DNA of 64,000 nt from an uncultured Gemmatimonadales bacterium (GTDB lineage Bacteria > Gemmatimonadota > Gemmatimonadetes > Longimicrobiales > Gaopeijiaceae). The notes under the pieces were generated by a model, which saw only the letters and a list, made by a program, of their open reading frames with translations, was not told the origin of the DNA and did no database searches. The stretch lies in contig CAWGKG010000023.1 in assembly GCA_963823035.1 (NCBI GenBank), forward strand, positions 231,460-295,459. Reading direction: 5' to 3'. This document shows, piece by piece, positions 1 through 10,125 of the stretch (position 1 is the first letter of the stretch; each line of letters begins with the position of its first letter). Position numbers and translations under genes: made by a program.

Positions 1-63
1 GCGGGGACCTCTCGGGCGACACCTAGACCGCGAAGAAGTCTCTCGGCCGCGCGCGGCCCTCGA

Positions 64-542
64 TCAGCGCTCGTAGAAGGGCGGCGGCTCCACGCCCAGC
101 GCGCGCAGGTATACGTAGGCCTGCCCCCGATGGTGGATCTCGTTGTCGATCACGTACATGAGCTGCCAGTGCACGGGGCCCGTGTACTGCCCGAACGATG
201 TCACCGTCTCCGGGAAACGGCCCTCGGGGATCTGCGCGAAGAACCCGTCGATCTCCTCGGTGCTCTCGTCCCAGAGGCGGAGGAGCGCCTCCTTCGTCGC
301 CGCCTTCCGCCGAGAAGGGCTCCCAGTCGCCCGTCGCGATCCCTGCGCCATGGGCGCGCCCATGGCCAGCAGCTCGCCCGCCATCTCCCCGAAGGTCCGC
401 ATGCCGCCGAGGGAGAAGGTGAAGAGCTGGTCCTCGGGGAAGGCCTCGATCACCCGGCGGGTGAGGCGCCGATGGCCCTGCCAGTGGTCGAGAAGGGCCT
501 TCGCGGAAAGGAAGGTCGCCGGGCCGGTTGCGGTGTGGCCAT
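64..542 (-). CDS. DinB/YfiT-superfamily four-helix bundle protein (start approximate, probable indel near 5' end)
   Basis: Translation has LLDHWQGHRRLTRRVIEAFPED...MRTFGEM and C-terminal IDNEIHHRGQAYVYLRALGVEPP typical of the DinB family; nearest ATG (540-542) is out of frame with the body. Confidence 0.8.
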
Positions 543-665
543 GTTCGGGCCTCGGTGCGGGTGGGTCGTAGGCAAATTCGGGTTTTGTTCGGTATGATGC
601 GGCCGCGGGCGCGGCTGCGCAAGCCCTTGGCCGGTCCGCCCGGGCGTAACGTGCGCGCACGTGTC

Positions 666-688
666 GGGGGGGGGGGGGGGGGGGGGGG
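666..688. repeat. G23 homopolymer, probable sequencing/assembly artefact
   Basis: Uninterrupted G run bordering a garbled segment. Confidence 0.85.
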
Positions 689-699
689 AGCGGACTCAG

Positions 700-1520
700 G
701 GCACAATCACCTGCTCCCAACTGAAGACCTCGGGCGACCCCGGGTCGAGGTGCAACCGCTGCCAACGATGTCGGCCCCGAAGCTCTGCTCGGCGATGATC
801 TGCGTCACGTTTGGGGCGCGTGCGCCGTACAGGCTGAACCAGGGGACGCCCGCGTCCACGCGGTAGTCGTGGCTATCCCCGCTGACCATGAGCACCGGCC
901 GGTCGAAGGCCAGGGCAAGGTCGCCAGACGTTGGACGAAGTCCGTGTGCGCGGAGAAGGATGCACCGTGGCGCGATCGTCGGGATGCAGAGATCGGCGGG
1001 CAGGAACAGCGCGACCGCGACTGCGCTCGACGGGCCGGGGCGAAGATGTGCTCGAGCGAGGCGATGTTGGCGGCGTTGCGCGCGGCGTACCCGGCTTCCG
1101 AGCCGCGGTCTGCGCGGGGGTTCGGCGCCGTGAATAGGCGAGGAGGCAGCTCTTCGACCCGATAACGTGGAACATCGCGAAGATGACGTGGGACTCGGCC
1201 CAGATCTGGTTCTCGGGGTGGCGCCGCTCGACTTCTCCGCGCTTGGGACCGAGCGCTTCCTGGATCTGACTGGGTGTTCGAAGAAGACTGGGGATCTTGA
1301 CAAGACGGCCGATGGGGTCGTACCGCCGTTGTTGGTGGGATGGGAGTCGGTCCGACTCGTTGTCGCCGAGACTGTAGATATCGGGTACGTGAAGAGATCG
1401 AACTGCGCTGGCCGATGGCCATGAACCATGCATCCGAGCACTGGTGCTTCCCGACTTGATGCCGCCGATCTGGGCGACTTCTGCACTTGGGATCGGCGTT
1501 GACGGCGCTCGCCAGGGTCG
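700..1520 (-). pseudogene. Heavily disrupted calcineurin-like metallophosphoesterase gene (or low-quality sequence of one)
   Basis: Motif fragments in three minus frames in the expected order: YSLGDNE, YDPIGRL, PENQIWAESHVIFAMFHVIGS, AARNAANIASLEHIF, FDRPVLMVSGDSHDYRVD. Confidence 0.6.
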
Positions 1521-1760
1521 GAAAGCTCGTGAGCGCCGGGACGATCGTCGGGGCCTTCGCCGAGACCGCAGATCCAGCGTTGCGCGCCGTCTTCCAGGCG
1601 GACAACCTGTCCAGGGTGGATCACCATCCCACGTGAGTGGTGAATCCTCGGACGGCGTCGAAAGAACGCGCGAGGTCACGCGGTAGCTGGCGTCCCTGAA
1701 AAATCCTCGCGGGGCCACGAGTGACCGTGCCGTGGGACCGTCCTCTGGGTCTTCGGCCGG

Positions 1761-1792
1761 TTTTTTTTTTTTTTTTTTTTTTTAAAATTTTT
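1761..1792. repeat. T23 homopolymer plus AAAATTTTT, probable artefact/junction
   Basis: Pure A/T tract in a very GC-rich context, at the right border of the garbled segment. Confidence 0.8.
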
Positions 1793-1870
1793 AGGTTCCA
1801 TCCACGTCACGGGCGGACGTCGGGTCGGCAACGATCACAAACCGACTCGACGCCCGGCGTCAGCCGTGGT

Positions 1871-3343
1871 TTAGCCTCCGCCCCCCAGGTACTCCGCGCT
1901 CAGCCGGTCGTAGACCCGCATGAGGTCGGTGACGTTGCCCTCCCGGTCGAAGAGGCCGCTCCCCGGCCCCAGCGGCTCCCATATGGCCGTCCCCTTCCCC
2001 ATCTCGTCGGGGAGGCCGAAGACGATGTCGGCCACCTGCTGCTTGAAGTCGGCGTACTCCACCACGATCACCGGCTTGTGGTAGCGGTCGACCAGGTCGT
2101 GCACGTTGCGGTCGAGGTCCTCGAGCGTGCCGTGCCAGCGCGGATAGTACGAGAGGCCGATGACGTCGAACACCACGCCGCGCGCGATCATGTTGTCCAG
2201 CCAGAAGCGCGCCTCGTCGTTCTGCCCGCCGAGCGCGATGTGCATCATGACCGGCATGTCGGGAGCGACCGCCCGCGCCCCTTCGACGCCCGCGCGCAGG
2301 AGGCCGGCCAGCTGGTCGGGGTGGCCGATGTGCCCGTCCGGCCAGAGGAGCCCGTGGTTGATCTCGTTCCCGATCTGCACCATGTCCGGGAGGGTTCCCT
2401 GCCGTTGCATCGCCTGGAGCACCGCGGTGGTATAGGTGCGCATGGAGTCCTGCAGCGACGGGTAGTCCAGGGAAGCCCACGCCTGCGGCTTGTTCTGCTG
2501 CTGGGGGTCCGCCCAGTAGTCGCTGTAGTGGAAGTCGAGAAGCAGGCCCATCCCCGCCTCGTGGACCCGCCTGGCCATGCTCAGCGTGGAGTCCAGCCCA
2601 CAGAATCCCTGGCCGGGCGCGTACCCGTGCTCGTTCTCGGGGTGGTCGAAGATGCGCAGGCGAATGGAGTTGAAGCCGTGCTCCTTCAGGAGGGCGACCG
2701 CGTCCACCTCCTCCCCGTTCTCGATGAACTTCCCGCCCTGCCGGAAGAACCGCCCCGCGTGGTTCTCGATCTGCGGGAGGAAGGAGATGTCCGCCCCGAT
2801 CATCCGGTCGACGTGCCTCGTCGTGGGCACGAGCTGGTCCGGCGTCGGCGTCATGAGCCGGAAGTCGGCAGGGACCGTGTGGATTTCGTGTGACCCGGGC
2901 GACAGTTCGCCCGACCGGGCCTCCACCTTCACGCGATCGGGCGACGTTCCCGCCCGGAACCAGAGCTGGGCCACGCCGGCGGCGAGCCGCGTCGGCGTAT
3001 ACGCCGCTCCCGTCGTGTCGGTCGCCTGGGGAAGCTCCGCCCCGTCCGACCCGACGATCGCGCCGTCGCCGGTCACGTAGAGACGGACCGAATCGACGGC
3101 CGAGGTGATCTCCCGGCTGGCGCTGTCGGTCACGGCGATCCTGAGGCGCGCGCGATCCTCCCCGTTGGCCAGGAGGGTCGTGCCGTACGCCGTGAGCATG
3201 ACCGTTCGTGCGCGTCCCGAGTCGACGCGGCTCACCGCCGAAAAGTCGGCCGGGGGCCGCTGCCCGGGTTGCCGGGGCTCACCGCCGCATCGCGCGAGGG
3301 CGGTCGCGGCCAGCAGGGTCGATACGATCGAAGAGGTCTTCAT
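1871..3343 (-). CDS. GH53 arabinogalactan endo-beta-1,4-galactanase with N-terminal Ig-like domain, exported
   Basis: GADISFL, IRLRIF, LLDFHYSDYWADP, MVQIGNEIN (acid/base), IGLSYYPRWHG, IVVEY; N-terminal signal MKTSSIVSTLLAATALARC. Confidence 0.92.
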   Translation of the reverse strand: MKTSSIVSTLLAATALARCGGEPRQPGQRPPADFSAVSRVDSGRARTVMLTAYGTTLLANGEDRARLRIAVTDSASREITSAVDSVRLYVTGDGAIVGSDGAELPQATDTTGAAYTPTRLAAGVAQLWFRAGTSPDRVKVEARSGELSPGSHEIHTVPADFRLMTPTPDQLVPTTRHVDRMIGADISFLPQIENHAGRFFRQGGKFIENGEEVDAVALLKEHGFNSIRLRIFDHPENEHGYAPGQGFCGLDSTLSMARRVHEAGMGLLLDFHYSDYWADPQQQNKPQAWASLDYPSLQDSMRTYTTAVLQAMQRQGTLPDMVQIGNEINHGLLWPDGHIGHPDQLAGLLRAGVEGARAVAPDMPVMMHIALGGQNDEARFWLDNMIARGVVFDVIGLSYYPRWHGTLEDLDRNVHDLVDRYHKPVIVVEYADFKQQVADIVFGLPDEMGKGTAIWEPLGPGSGLFDREGNVTDLMRVYDRLSAEYLGGGG

Positions 3344-3482
3344 GGCACCTTGGCGCTCGTCACAGCGGGGAAGGCCGGGCGGCAACTTGGGCAAGATAGC
3401 CGGCCCCGTCGCTACCCGCGCCACGATCGAGGTCCCTCCTCGTCGACGGGACCGGGCACCTGGGAGGAGGAGGGAATCCCCC

Positions 3483-4262
3483 CTATTCGCCGAGGAACCA
3501 GGCGAGCGCGGCTTCGGACACGTCGGCGGGCACGCTGTGGTCGCCGTCGAAGGGGTGGAAGGTGACGTCGTAGCCGGCGCTCTCCAGCGAAGGCACCAGG
3601 TCCGTGCTCGTGTAGAGGAAGGGAAGGATCGGGTCCTGCCGGCCGTGGGAGATGAAGATCGGCGGCTTGCCCCTGGTGGGGCTGCCCGGCGAGATGAAGC
3701 CCGGCGAGTAGGCGATCAGCCTCGTGAACAGGTCGCCGTTCGCCACCCCCAGGGACAGCGCGTAGGAGGCGCCGTCCGAGAAGCCCGCGAGCACGATCCG
3801 GGAAGGATCCACCCTGCACCGGTCGAACGTGTAGGCGAGCGCGTCGTCCAGGAAGGCCACGTCGGGACCGAACAGCCCGCTGGTCACCACGTCCCAGGTG
3901 CGGCTCCGGGAGTCCGGGGCGAGGAGGATCATCCCGTGCGCCTCGGCGCGTGCGGGATAGCTCTGCCAGTCCAGCGCCCTGCCGCCGGCGCCGTGCAGGG
4001 CGACGAAGAGCGGCATGGGCTCGTCGGGCGTGTAGCCCTCCGGCACGTAGAGATACCCGTCGCGGCTTCCGCCCAGGCCCAGGCCCTGGATCGACCCCTT
4101 CACCGGCGACCGGGTCGGCGTGCCGGGGCGCGCGTCGAGCCGGGGGCCCGCCTCCTCGCTGGCCGTGAGGTCCTTGAAGCATCCCGGCAGGCCCGAGACG
4201 GCCAGGGCGCCGAGCGATCCGTGCACGAAGGCGCGTCGGGAGATCGGTGTCAGGTTCGTCAT
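3483..4262 (-). CDS. Tat-exported phospholipase/carboxylesterase family alpha/beta hydrolase
   Basis: SRRAF twin-arginine leader, VALHGAGG, GFSDG nucleophile elbow, HGRQD, FDGDH. Confidence 0.88.
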   Translation of the reverse strand: MTNLTPISRRAFVHGSLGALAVSGLPGCFKDLTASEEAGPRLDARPGTPTRSPVKGSIQGLGLGGSRDGYLYVPEGYTPDEPMPLFVALHGAGGRALDWQSYPARAEAHGMILLAPDSRSRTWDVVTSGLFGPDVAFLDDALAYTFDRCRVDPSRIVLAGFSDGASYALSLGVANGDLFTRLIAYSPGFISPGSPTRGKPPIFISHGRQDPILPFLYTSTDLVPSLESAGYDVTFHPFDGDHSVPADVSEAALAWFLGE

Positions 4263-4390
4263 GGCCGCATCGTACGAGGAGGTGGTGCGGCTCTTTCAGC
4301 CGACACCGTTGCGCGCTCGGTGCGCGCGTCCCTACTTCGGATTTCCGGCAGCCGCGCCCGACCCCTATCTCTCGGAACAGGGAGTGTGCC

Positions 4391-5463
4391 GTGGAGACCA
4401 GCGGCCATCCAGCTCGAGAAGGCCCCGCACCGGGCGGGCCCCCGGATGGTGCCGCCCCCCGGCCGTCGCTCCCCCTGGTGCTCCTCGTCCTGGCCGTGTG
4501 CGTGGTGGTGGCGATCACCACGAACGGGCTCCGGCTCGTCGGCCCGGCGGCCGACCCGAGCCCGACCTGGCTGTGGGCGATCCGTTTCGCTGGGGCCGCC
4601 GCGATCGGTGGCGGGCTCGCGGCGCTGCTCGGCCAGCGCCGAGCCCTCCGGGCCGAGGGTGGTCGCTCGGACCCCACCGTGGTGGCCGTGCGCACGGCCG
4701 CGGCGATCATGGGTGTGCTCACCGTCGTGGCGCTGCTGGTCCACCCGCGTGGGCGGCACGCGCGCCCGCGCGGGCGCCGGTCCCTCCACGTCGCTCGGCC
4801 GGTCGGCCCGGAGCGGGGACTCCGGCGAGGGCCGGCCGCGCGGCGTCGTCCGGCTCGATGGCGGGCAACGCGTCATGGGAGGGGGAGCCGGCGAAGGCGA
4901 CGACGGCGGGGGCCGGGGCACCGATGGGCCCGCAGGGCGGCGGCTTCGATCGCACGCCTCTCCAGAGGATGGCGCGTAGCCTCCTGCCGGTCCTCCTCCT
5001 CCTCGTGGCGGCGATGGCCTTCCGGGCGCTGACGCGCGGACCCCGCCCGGGGGAGCATGGAGCTGCGGCTGGACATGCCGCTCGACGCAGCCGACGCCGA
5101 GGCGGGCCTGGCGGCCTCCCTCCTCGAGATCGAGAGCGACAGCCCCGATCCGCGCAGGCAGATCACGGCCGCCTACCACAGGCTCCTCGCGGCGCTGGCG
5201 GCGGCCGGCGCACCTCGCCGACCGCAGGAAGCCCCCCACGAGCACCTCCACGGGCGCTCGGTCCGCTGGGGGTTCGTCCCGGGCCGCTGCACCGGCTCAC
5301 GGAGCTGTACGTCCTGGCGCAGTTCAGCGAGCGCCCCATCACCGAGCGGCACCGGGCCGCCGCGGCCGAGGCGCTCGACGCGAGCCTCGCGGGGCTGCGT
5401 GCGACGCAGGGCTCGCTGCGGGCCGTGGAAGCGCGGCCGGCCCACGCGGAGGCCGGAGCGTGA
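4391..5463 (+). CDS. DUF4129-type membrane protein of MoxR cluster (several frameshifts)
   Basis: Hydrophobic N-terminal segments; C-terminal DPRRQITAAYHRLL...PQEAPHEHL and LHRLTELYVLAQFSERPITERHR in different frames; context upstream of MoxR/DUF58. Confidence 0.7.
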
Positions 5464-6060
5464 GCGAGCGCAACCTGCGACCCGCCAACGTGGCCGCGGC
5501 GGCGCTCGTGATCGGGGGCGTGCTCCTGGTCGCGCTCCCCCGGCACGCCCTCAGCATCGTCCAACTGGTGGTGTTGACCGCCGCGGCGGCCACGGCGCTG
5601 TACGCGCTGGCGGTGAACGTCCCGCCCACCGGGTGGATGTCGCCCTTCAAGTGGATGTCCCCCTTCGGGGGACGTCGCGCCCGGCGCGGGACGAGCTCTC
5701 GTCGCACGAGACCGACGCGATCCGCTCGAAGCTGGCCGGCCGCCGGATCCCCGTCGCGGGCGCCCCGCCGATGCCCCCCGAGACGCTCCGCGTGCTGAAG
5801 CCGCTGATCCGCTCCGCGCTCGACCTGGGCCCCGACGACCCGGTGCGGACCGCGGCCCGGAACGCGCGGCTGTCGCCGCTGACGTGGTCGATCCTGCGCA
5901 GCGAGATCGACACGACGCTCGGCTGGCTCGGCACGGTGCGCCCGAACGAGCGGGCGGTCGCCGACGTCGTCCACGAGGTGCTCGACGAGCTCGAGCGCCT
6001 CGATGCCGGCGGCCGGACCCGCGCGCCACCCTCGCTTCCCACCACCCGCACGCGCCATGA
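5460..6060 (+). CDS. Hypothetical membrane-anchored protein of MoxR cluster (frameshift near 5690)
   Basis: GTGA overlap with upstream gene, two TM segments, continuation in another frame up to the moxR start. Confidence 0.55.
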
Positions 6061-7097
6061 CGATCTCGCGGACACCCTCCGACTCTCCGACCGGCGGCTC
6101 CCTCGCCCGCACCGGGCTCGCGTCCGATGCCGACGGCCTTCCCGCGCTCTCCTTCGAGGAGTCCGCCCGCGTGGTGGAGGGAATCCTCGACGAGGTGTCC
6201 CGCGCCGTGGTCGGGAAGCGCGACGTGGTCCGGCTGATCGTCGCCGGCCTCCTCGCGGACGGCCACATCCTCCTCGACGACGTTCCCGGCGTAGCCAAGA
6301 CGCTGACCGCTCGCTCGATCGCGGCGGCGGCAGGGCTCGCGTTCTCCCGGGTGCAGTTCACGCCGGACGTCCTCCCCGCGGACATCACCGGCTCGCTGGT
6401 GCTCGACCTGAGCACCCATCTGCCCGAGTTCCGGCCCGGGCCGGTGTTCACGAACCTCCTCCTGGCCGACGAGGTGAACCGCGCGCCGGCCAAGACGCAG
6501 GCGGCGCTCCTCGAGGCCATGCAGGAACATCAGGTGACGGCGGACGGGGTGACGCATCGCCTGCCCCGCCCCTTCCTGGTCATCGCGACGCAGAACCCCA
6601 TCGAGTCGGAGGGCACCTACCCGCTCCCCGAGGCGCAGCTCGATCGCTTCCTCCTGCGCACGACGATGGGCTATCCGGGCGAGGACGACGAGGTGACCCT
6701 CCTGGCCGACCGGCTCGAGCGCCGCACGGACGAGGTCGAGCTGCACCCGACCTGCGACGCGGAGACCTTCGCGTCGGTCCAGCGCTCGCTCGAGCACATC
6801 CACGTCGATCGACGCCTCCTCGAGTACTGCGTGGCGCTCGTGCGGGCCACCCGCTCCGAGGCCCAGCTCGCCGTCGGCTCGAGCCCACGCGGCACCCTCG
6901 CGCTGGTGAAGCTCACCCGCGCCGCGGCCCTCCTCGCGGGGCGCGAGTACGTGGGCCCGGACGACATCCGCGAGATGGCCGTGCCGGCGCTGGCGCACCG
7001 GGTGGTGCTGAGCGACGGCGCGTGGGCGCGGCGCGTGGACCCCGAAGAGGTGGTGCGGCGCGCCGTCGACCGCGTGCCCGTGCCGCAGGGGACATGA
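6057..7097 (+). CDS. moxR: MoxR-family AAA+ ATPase
   Basis: GHILLDDVPGVAKT (Walker A), RVQFTPDVLPADITG, LLADEVNRAPAKTQAALLEAM, ATQNPIESEGTYPLPEAQLDRF. Confidence 0.95.
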   Translation: MTISRTPSDSPTGGSLARTGLASDADGLPALSFEESARVVEGILDEVSRAVVGKRDVVRLIVAGLLADGHILLDDVPGVAKTLTARSIAAAAGLAFSRVQFTPDVLPADITGSLVLDLSTHLPEFRPGPVFTNLLLADEVNRAPAKTQAALLEAMQEHQVTADGVTHRLPRPFLVIATQNPIESEGTYPLPEAQLDRFLLRTTMGYPGEDDEVTLLADRLERRTDEVELHPTCDAETFASVQRSLEHIHVDRRLLEYCVALVRATRSEAQLAVGSSPRGTLALVKLTRAAALLAGREYVGPDDIREMAVPALAHRVVLSDGAWARRVDPEEVVRRAVDRVPVPQGT

Positions 7098-8449
7098 GCG
7101 CCACCGCCACGGAGTCGTCGGCCCCGACGCGCCCCACGGAGGTCGGCGCCGAGGCCGGCCGCCGCAGGGCCGACCCTCGCCTCCCGGCCTATCTGGTGGC
7201 CGGGCTCGGCGCGCTGATCGCGGCCGTCGCCACCGGGCAGAGTGGGCTCGCCGCCCTCGGCGCGCCCTTCATCGCGCTCGTCGCGGCGGGTCTGCGCCCG
7301 CGCGACCGCACGAGCCTGCGCGGGAGGGTGACGCTGCACGCCGAACGCGCCATCGAGGGCGACCTGGTCGAGGGCGAGGTGACGGTCGACTGGGAGGGCG
7401 AGGCCGAGGTGGACGTGATGCTCGCCGGATGGCGGGGGGTCGCAGCCGGTGGAGCCGGCCTCGGTGGTCGGCTGGTCGCTCCCGCTCGGGCGCGGCCCCG
7501 TGACGCTTCCCTTCACGCTGCGCGCGCGCTCCTGGGGCGCCCACGACCTCGGGTCGCTGTGGGTCCGCGCGCGGCGGCCCGGCAGCCTCGGGTCGACCGA
7601 GCGCATGGTGGCGCGCGCGCCCATGCTGCGCGTGCTGCCGAGCGCCCTGCGCCTGGACCGCCTCCTGAAGCCCGCCGAGCCGCGCGCGATCGCGGGGATG
7701 CACCTCTCCCGCTTCCGGGGCAACGGGATCGACTTCGCCGAGCTGCGCCCCTATCGACCCGGCGACCGGCTGCGCGACCTCTCGTGGGGCACCTCCGCGC
7801 GGCTCGGGGAGCCCTGGGTGACGGTGCGCCATCCGGAGCGGACCGGCACCGTGCTCCTCTTCCTGGACGCCGTGTTCAGCGACGAGCCGGCGGGGATGGA
7901 GGCGCTGGCGCGGGCCGCGCGCGCGGCCTGGGCCGTGGCCTCCGTGCACCTGCGGGCACAGGACCGGGTCGGGCTGCTGGCGCAGGGCCGCACCACGGCG
8001 TGGCTTCCCCCGCGCGGCGGGCGGAGGGCCCGGTGGATGCTGCTGGACGAGCTGCTGAGCGTCGGGCGTGCGGCGGAGGACATGTCGCTGCGCCGCCGGC
8101 GGGGAAGCCGCCTGGTGGTGCCGAGCGACGCGCTCGTGGTCGGCGTGACGACGCTGCGCTCGCAGACGTTCGTGCCGGAGCTGATGCGCTACCGGCGGGC
8201 GGGCCACACGACCGTGGCGCTGGTGATCGACACCGAGGACCTGCTGCCGCCGGACCGACGGGCGGGTCGACGAGCCGGCGCATCGGCTTGGCTGGCGCAG
8301 AGCGACGCGGAGCGGCATGCGCTGCACCGGGGCGGCGTGCCGACCGCGCTGGTCACGCCGACCGAGGGGGTCGGCGCGGCCGTGCTGACGCTCCGCCGGC
8401 GATGGACGCGCTGCAGCAGCCCGCGCGCGCCCGGGTGGCGGCCCGATGA
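7094..8449 (+). CDS. DUF58 domain protein (frameshifts near 7445 and ~8400)
   Basis: GIDFAELRPYRPGDRLRDLSWGTSAR, DRVGL; ATGA overlap with moxR; N-terminal TM segments in another frame. Confidence 0.88.
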   Translation: MSATATESSAPTRPTEVGAEAGRRRADPRLPAYLVAGLGALIAAVATGQSGLAALGAPFIALVAAGLRPRDRTSLRGRVTLHAERAIEGDLVEGEVTVDWEGEAEVDVMLAGWRGVAAGGAGLGGRLVAPARARPRDASLHAARALLGRPRPRVAVGPRAAARQPRVDRAHGGARAHAARAAERPAPGPPPEARRAARDRGDAPLPLPGQRDRLRRAAPLSTRRPAARPLVGHLRAARGALGDGAPSGADRHRAPLPGRRVQRRAGGDGGAGAGRARGLGRGLRAPAGTGPGRAAGAGPHHGVASPARRAEGPVDAAGRAAERRACGGGHVAAPPAGKPPGGAERRARGRRDDAALADVRAGADALPAGGPHDRGAGDRHRGPAAAGPTGGSTSRRIGLAGAERRGAACAAPGRRADRAGHADRGGRRGRADAPPAMDALQQPARARVAAR

Positions 8450-8966
8450 GCACGCCGACCGCCGCGGCGCCGACCCGACGACCTGGTGGCCGGCGCGCCG
8501 CCGATTCGCCCTCCTCGCGATGCTCATGGCGGCGTTGACGGCGGTCCTGGCCACTTCGGTGGGCGGCCCCGGCTGGCATCGGGACCTGGCCCTCCTCTAC
8601 GTGGCGATCGTCGCGGCAGCCCTGGTCTCCCCGGCCGTGATCACGATCCAGGTTCTCGCGGGACTGCTCGTGGTGGCGAGCCTGCTCCCGGGGCGAAGCG
8701 GGATCGAGGCGCTCCTGCTCGCGCCCGCGATCGTGGGCGTCGTCGCCACCGCGGAGCTGCTCGCGGTCGTGGCCCGACTGGACACGCCGATCGAGCGGCG
8801 CCCCGGCGGCGACCTCGGGAGCGCTTCGGTGGCGGCCGTCGTCGGGGGCGGCGTCTATGCCGTGGTCGTCCTGGTCGCGGCCCTTCCGGGTCCCGGCGGC
8901 CTGTTGGCGGTCTGCCTCGCGTCGACAGCCTTCGCGCTCCTCGCGATGCTGCTCAGCCGCGCGTGA
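8446..8966 (+). CDS. Hypothetical integral membrane protein (indel near 5' end)
   Basis: About six hydrophobic segments; ATGA overlap at 8446-8449; last gene of MoxR cluster. Confidence 0.65.
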
Positions 8967-9080
8967 TCCCCGGGCGCCACCGCCCGGCGAGGGTCGCGAC
9001 GTCCTGAGGGCCCCCGTGGAAGACGATGATGCCCGGGAGCCACGCCGCGACCGGGCGCACCTGGACACGCTCGACGGAGC

Positions 9081-9118
9081 TGTCGCGGCGCGGAACAAGG
9101 TGTGACGATCGCGCGACA
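9081..9118. promoter_or_regulatory. Two tandem TGT-N11/12-ACA dyads, candidate enhancer-binding-protein sites
   Basis: TGTcgcggcgcggaACA (9081-9097) and TGTgacgatcgcgcgACA (9101-9118), about 85-120 bp upstream of a sigma-54-like promoter. Confidence 0.45.
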
Positions 9119-9202
9119 ACCGCGGAGGGCCGCGTCGTCGCGTGCGCGTCGAAAAGCCACGCCGGAAGGCGACGTAGGCGCGCCGCCCGGATCCGCTTCC
9201 GA

Positions 9203-9218
9203 AGGAACGGTTCTTGCA
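9203..9218 (+). promoter_or_regulatory. Sigma-54 (-24/-12) promoter candidate
   Basis: AGGAACG-GTTC-TTGCA: GG-N10-GC spacing exact, close to TGGCACG-N4-TTGCW; 64 bp before the PEP-CTERM ATG. Confidence 0.65.
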
Positions 9219-9281
9219 CAGAAGGAGACATTCGGCCAACCGCATGGCCCGACCGGATCCCCCCACTCAGTCGAGGCGCCC

Positions 9282-9982
9282 ATGAGCTCATCGTCGAGGC
9301 ACAGCACTTCCTTCACCCTCGCGACCGCCGTGGCGCTCGCCATCGGAATCGCCGGCCCGGCCGCGGCCCAGACCACGATCGGCGCCGGCGGCGGCGGTTT
9401 CGTCCAGTCATGGGGGAAGGACAACACCCAGACGTACGGGCAGACCATCACGACGCCCACCGACAACATCCTGAACAGCTTCTCGTTCTGGCTGGGACGG
9501 ACGTCGACGAATTACCCGGATCCATCGGAGCCGAGCCTCGATTTCATGGCGTACGTGTACGCGTGGGATGGCACGGCGAGTCACGCGACGGGCCCGGCCC
9601 TCTACACGAGCGGCGTCTTCACGCACAACGCCACGCCGGCGACGCCGTTCACGAAGTACACGTTCACCACGGGCGGCCTGTCCCTCACGACCGGCAGCGT
9701 CTACGCGCTCTTCCTGAGCACGTCGGGGCTCGCCGGTGATCGGCGCGGATCCAGTGGGAGGCGACCGGCGACGAGTACGCCGGCGGCAACTTCGTCTTCC
9801 TGAACAACGGGGAGAACACGTCGGCCTGGACGTCCGACGAATGGGGCGAGTACTCCTCCGACCTGCACTTCGAGGCGAACTTCGCCGGCGTGAGCACGAC
9901 CGTGCCCGAGCCCTCGACGTGGGTGATGCTCGTCACGGGTCTCCTGGCGCTCGGCGTGGCGGCGCATGCGTCGGCGGCGTGA
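9282..9982 (+). CDS. PEP-CTERM sorting-domain surface protein (frameshift near 9745, possibly another in the basic tail)
   Basis: Signal peptide ending AAA-Q, Thr/Ser/Gly-rich body, C-terminal TTVPEPSTWVMLVTGLLALGVAA followed by CGTCGGCGGCGT (RRRR in adjacent frame). Confidence 0.88.
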
Positions 9983-10053
9983 GGGAGGCGCACTCACGGA
10001 GGCGTAAGAACCAAGGGGCCCTTCGACAACTCCTGGTTCGCGTGACCCGAACG

Positions 10054-10085
10054 GACGGGGAGCCCGGCATGCCGGGCTCCCCGTC
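10054..10085. terminator. Perfect 32-bp palindrome between convergent genes, probable bidirectional terminator
   Basis: GACGGGGAGCCCGGCATGCCGGGCTCCCCGTC equals its reverse complement; no U-tract. Confidence 0.65.
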
Positions 10086-10125
10086 ATCGTGTCGGCATCG
10101 CGTTAGCCGAGGTCCCGGAAGCACC

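Noticed and set aside
5057..8449. 1130-aa ORF and other very long Arg/Pro/Gly-rich ORFs (e.g. 56527-60129, 11923-14520, 15167-17584)
   Set aside because: Shadow or frameshift-stitched frames expected at this GC content; they overlap recognisable genes.
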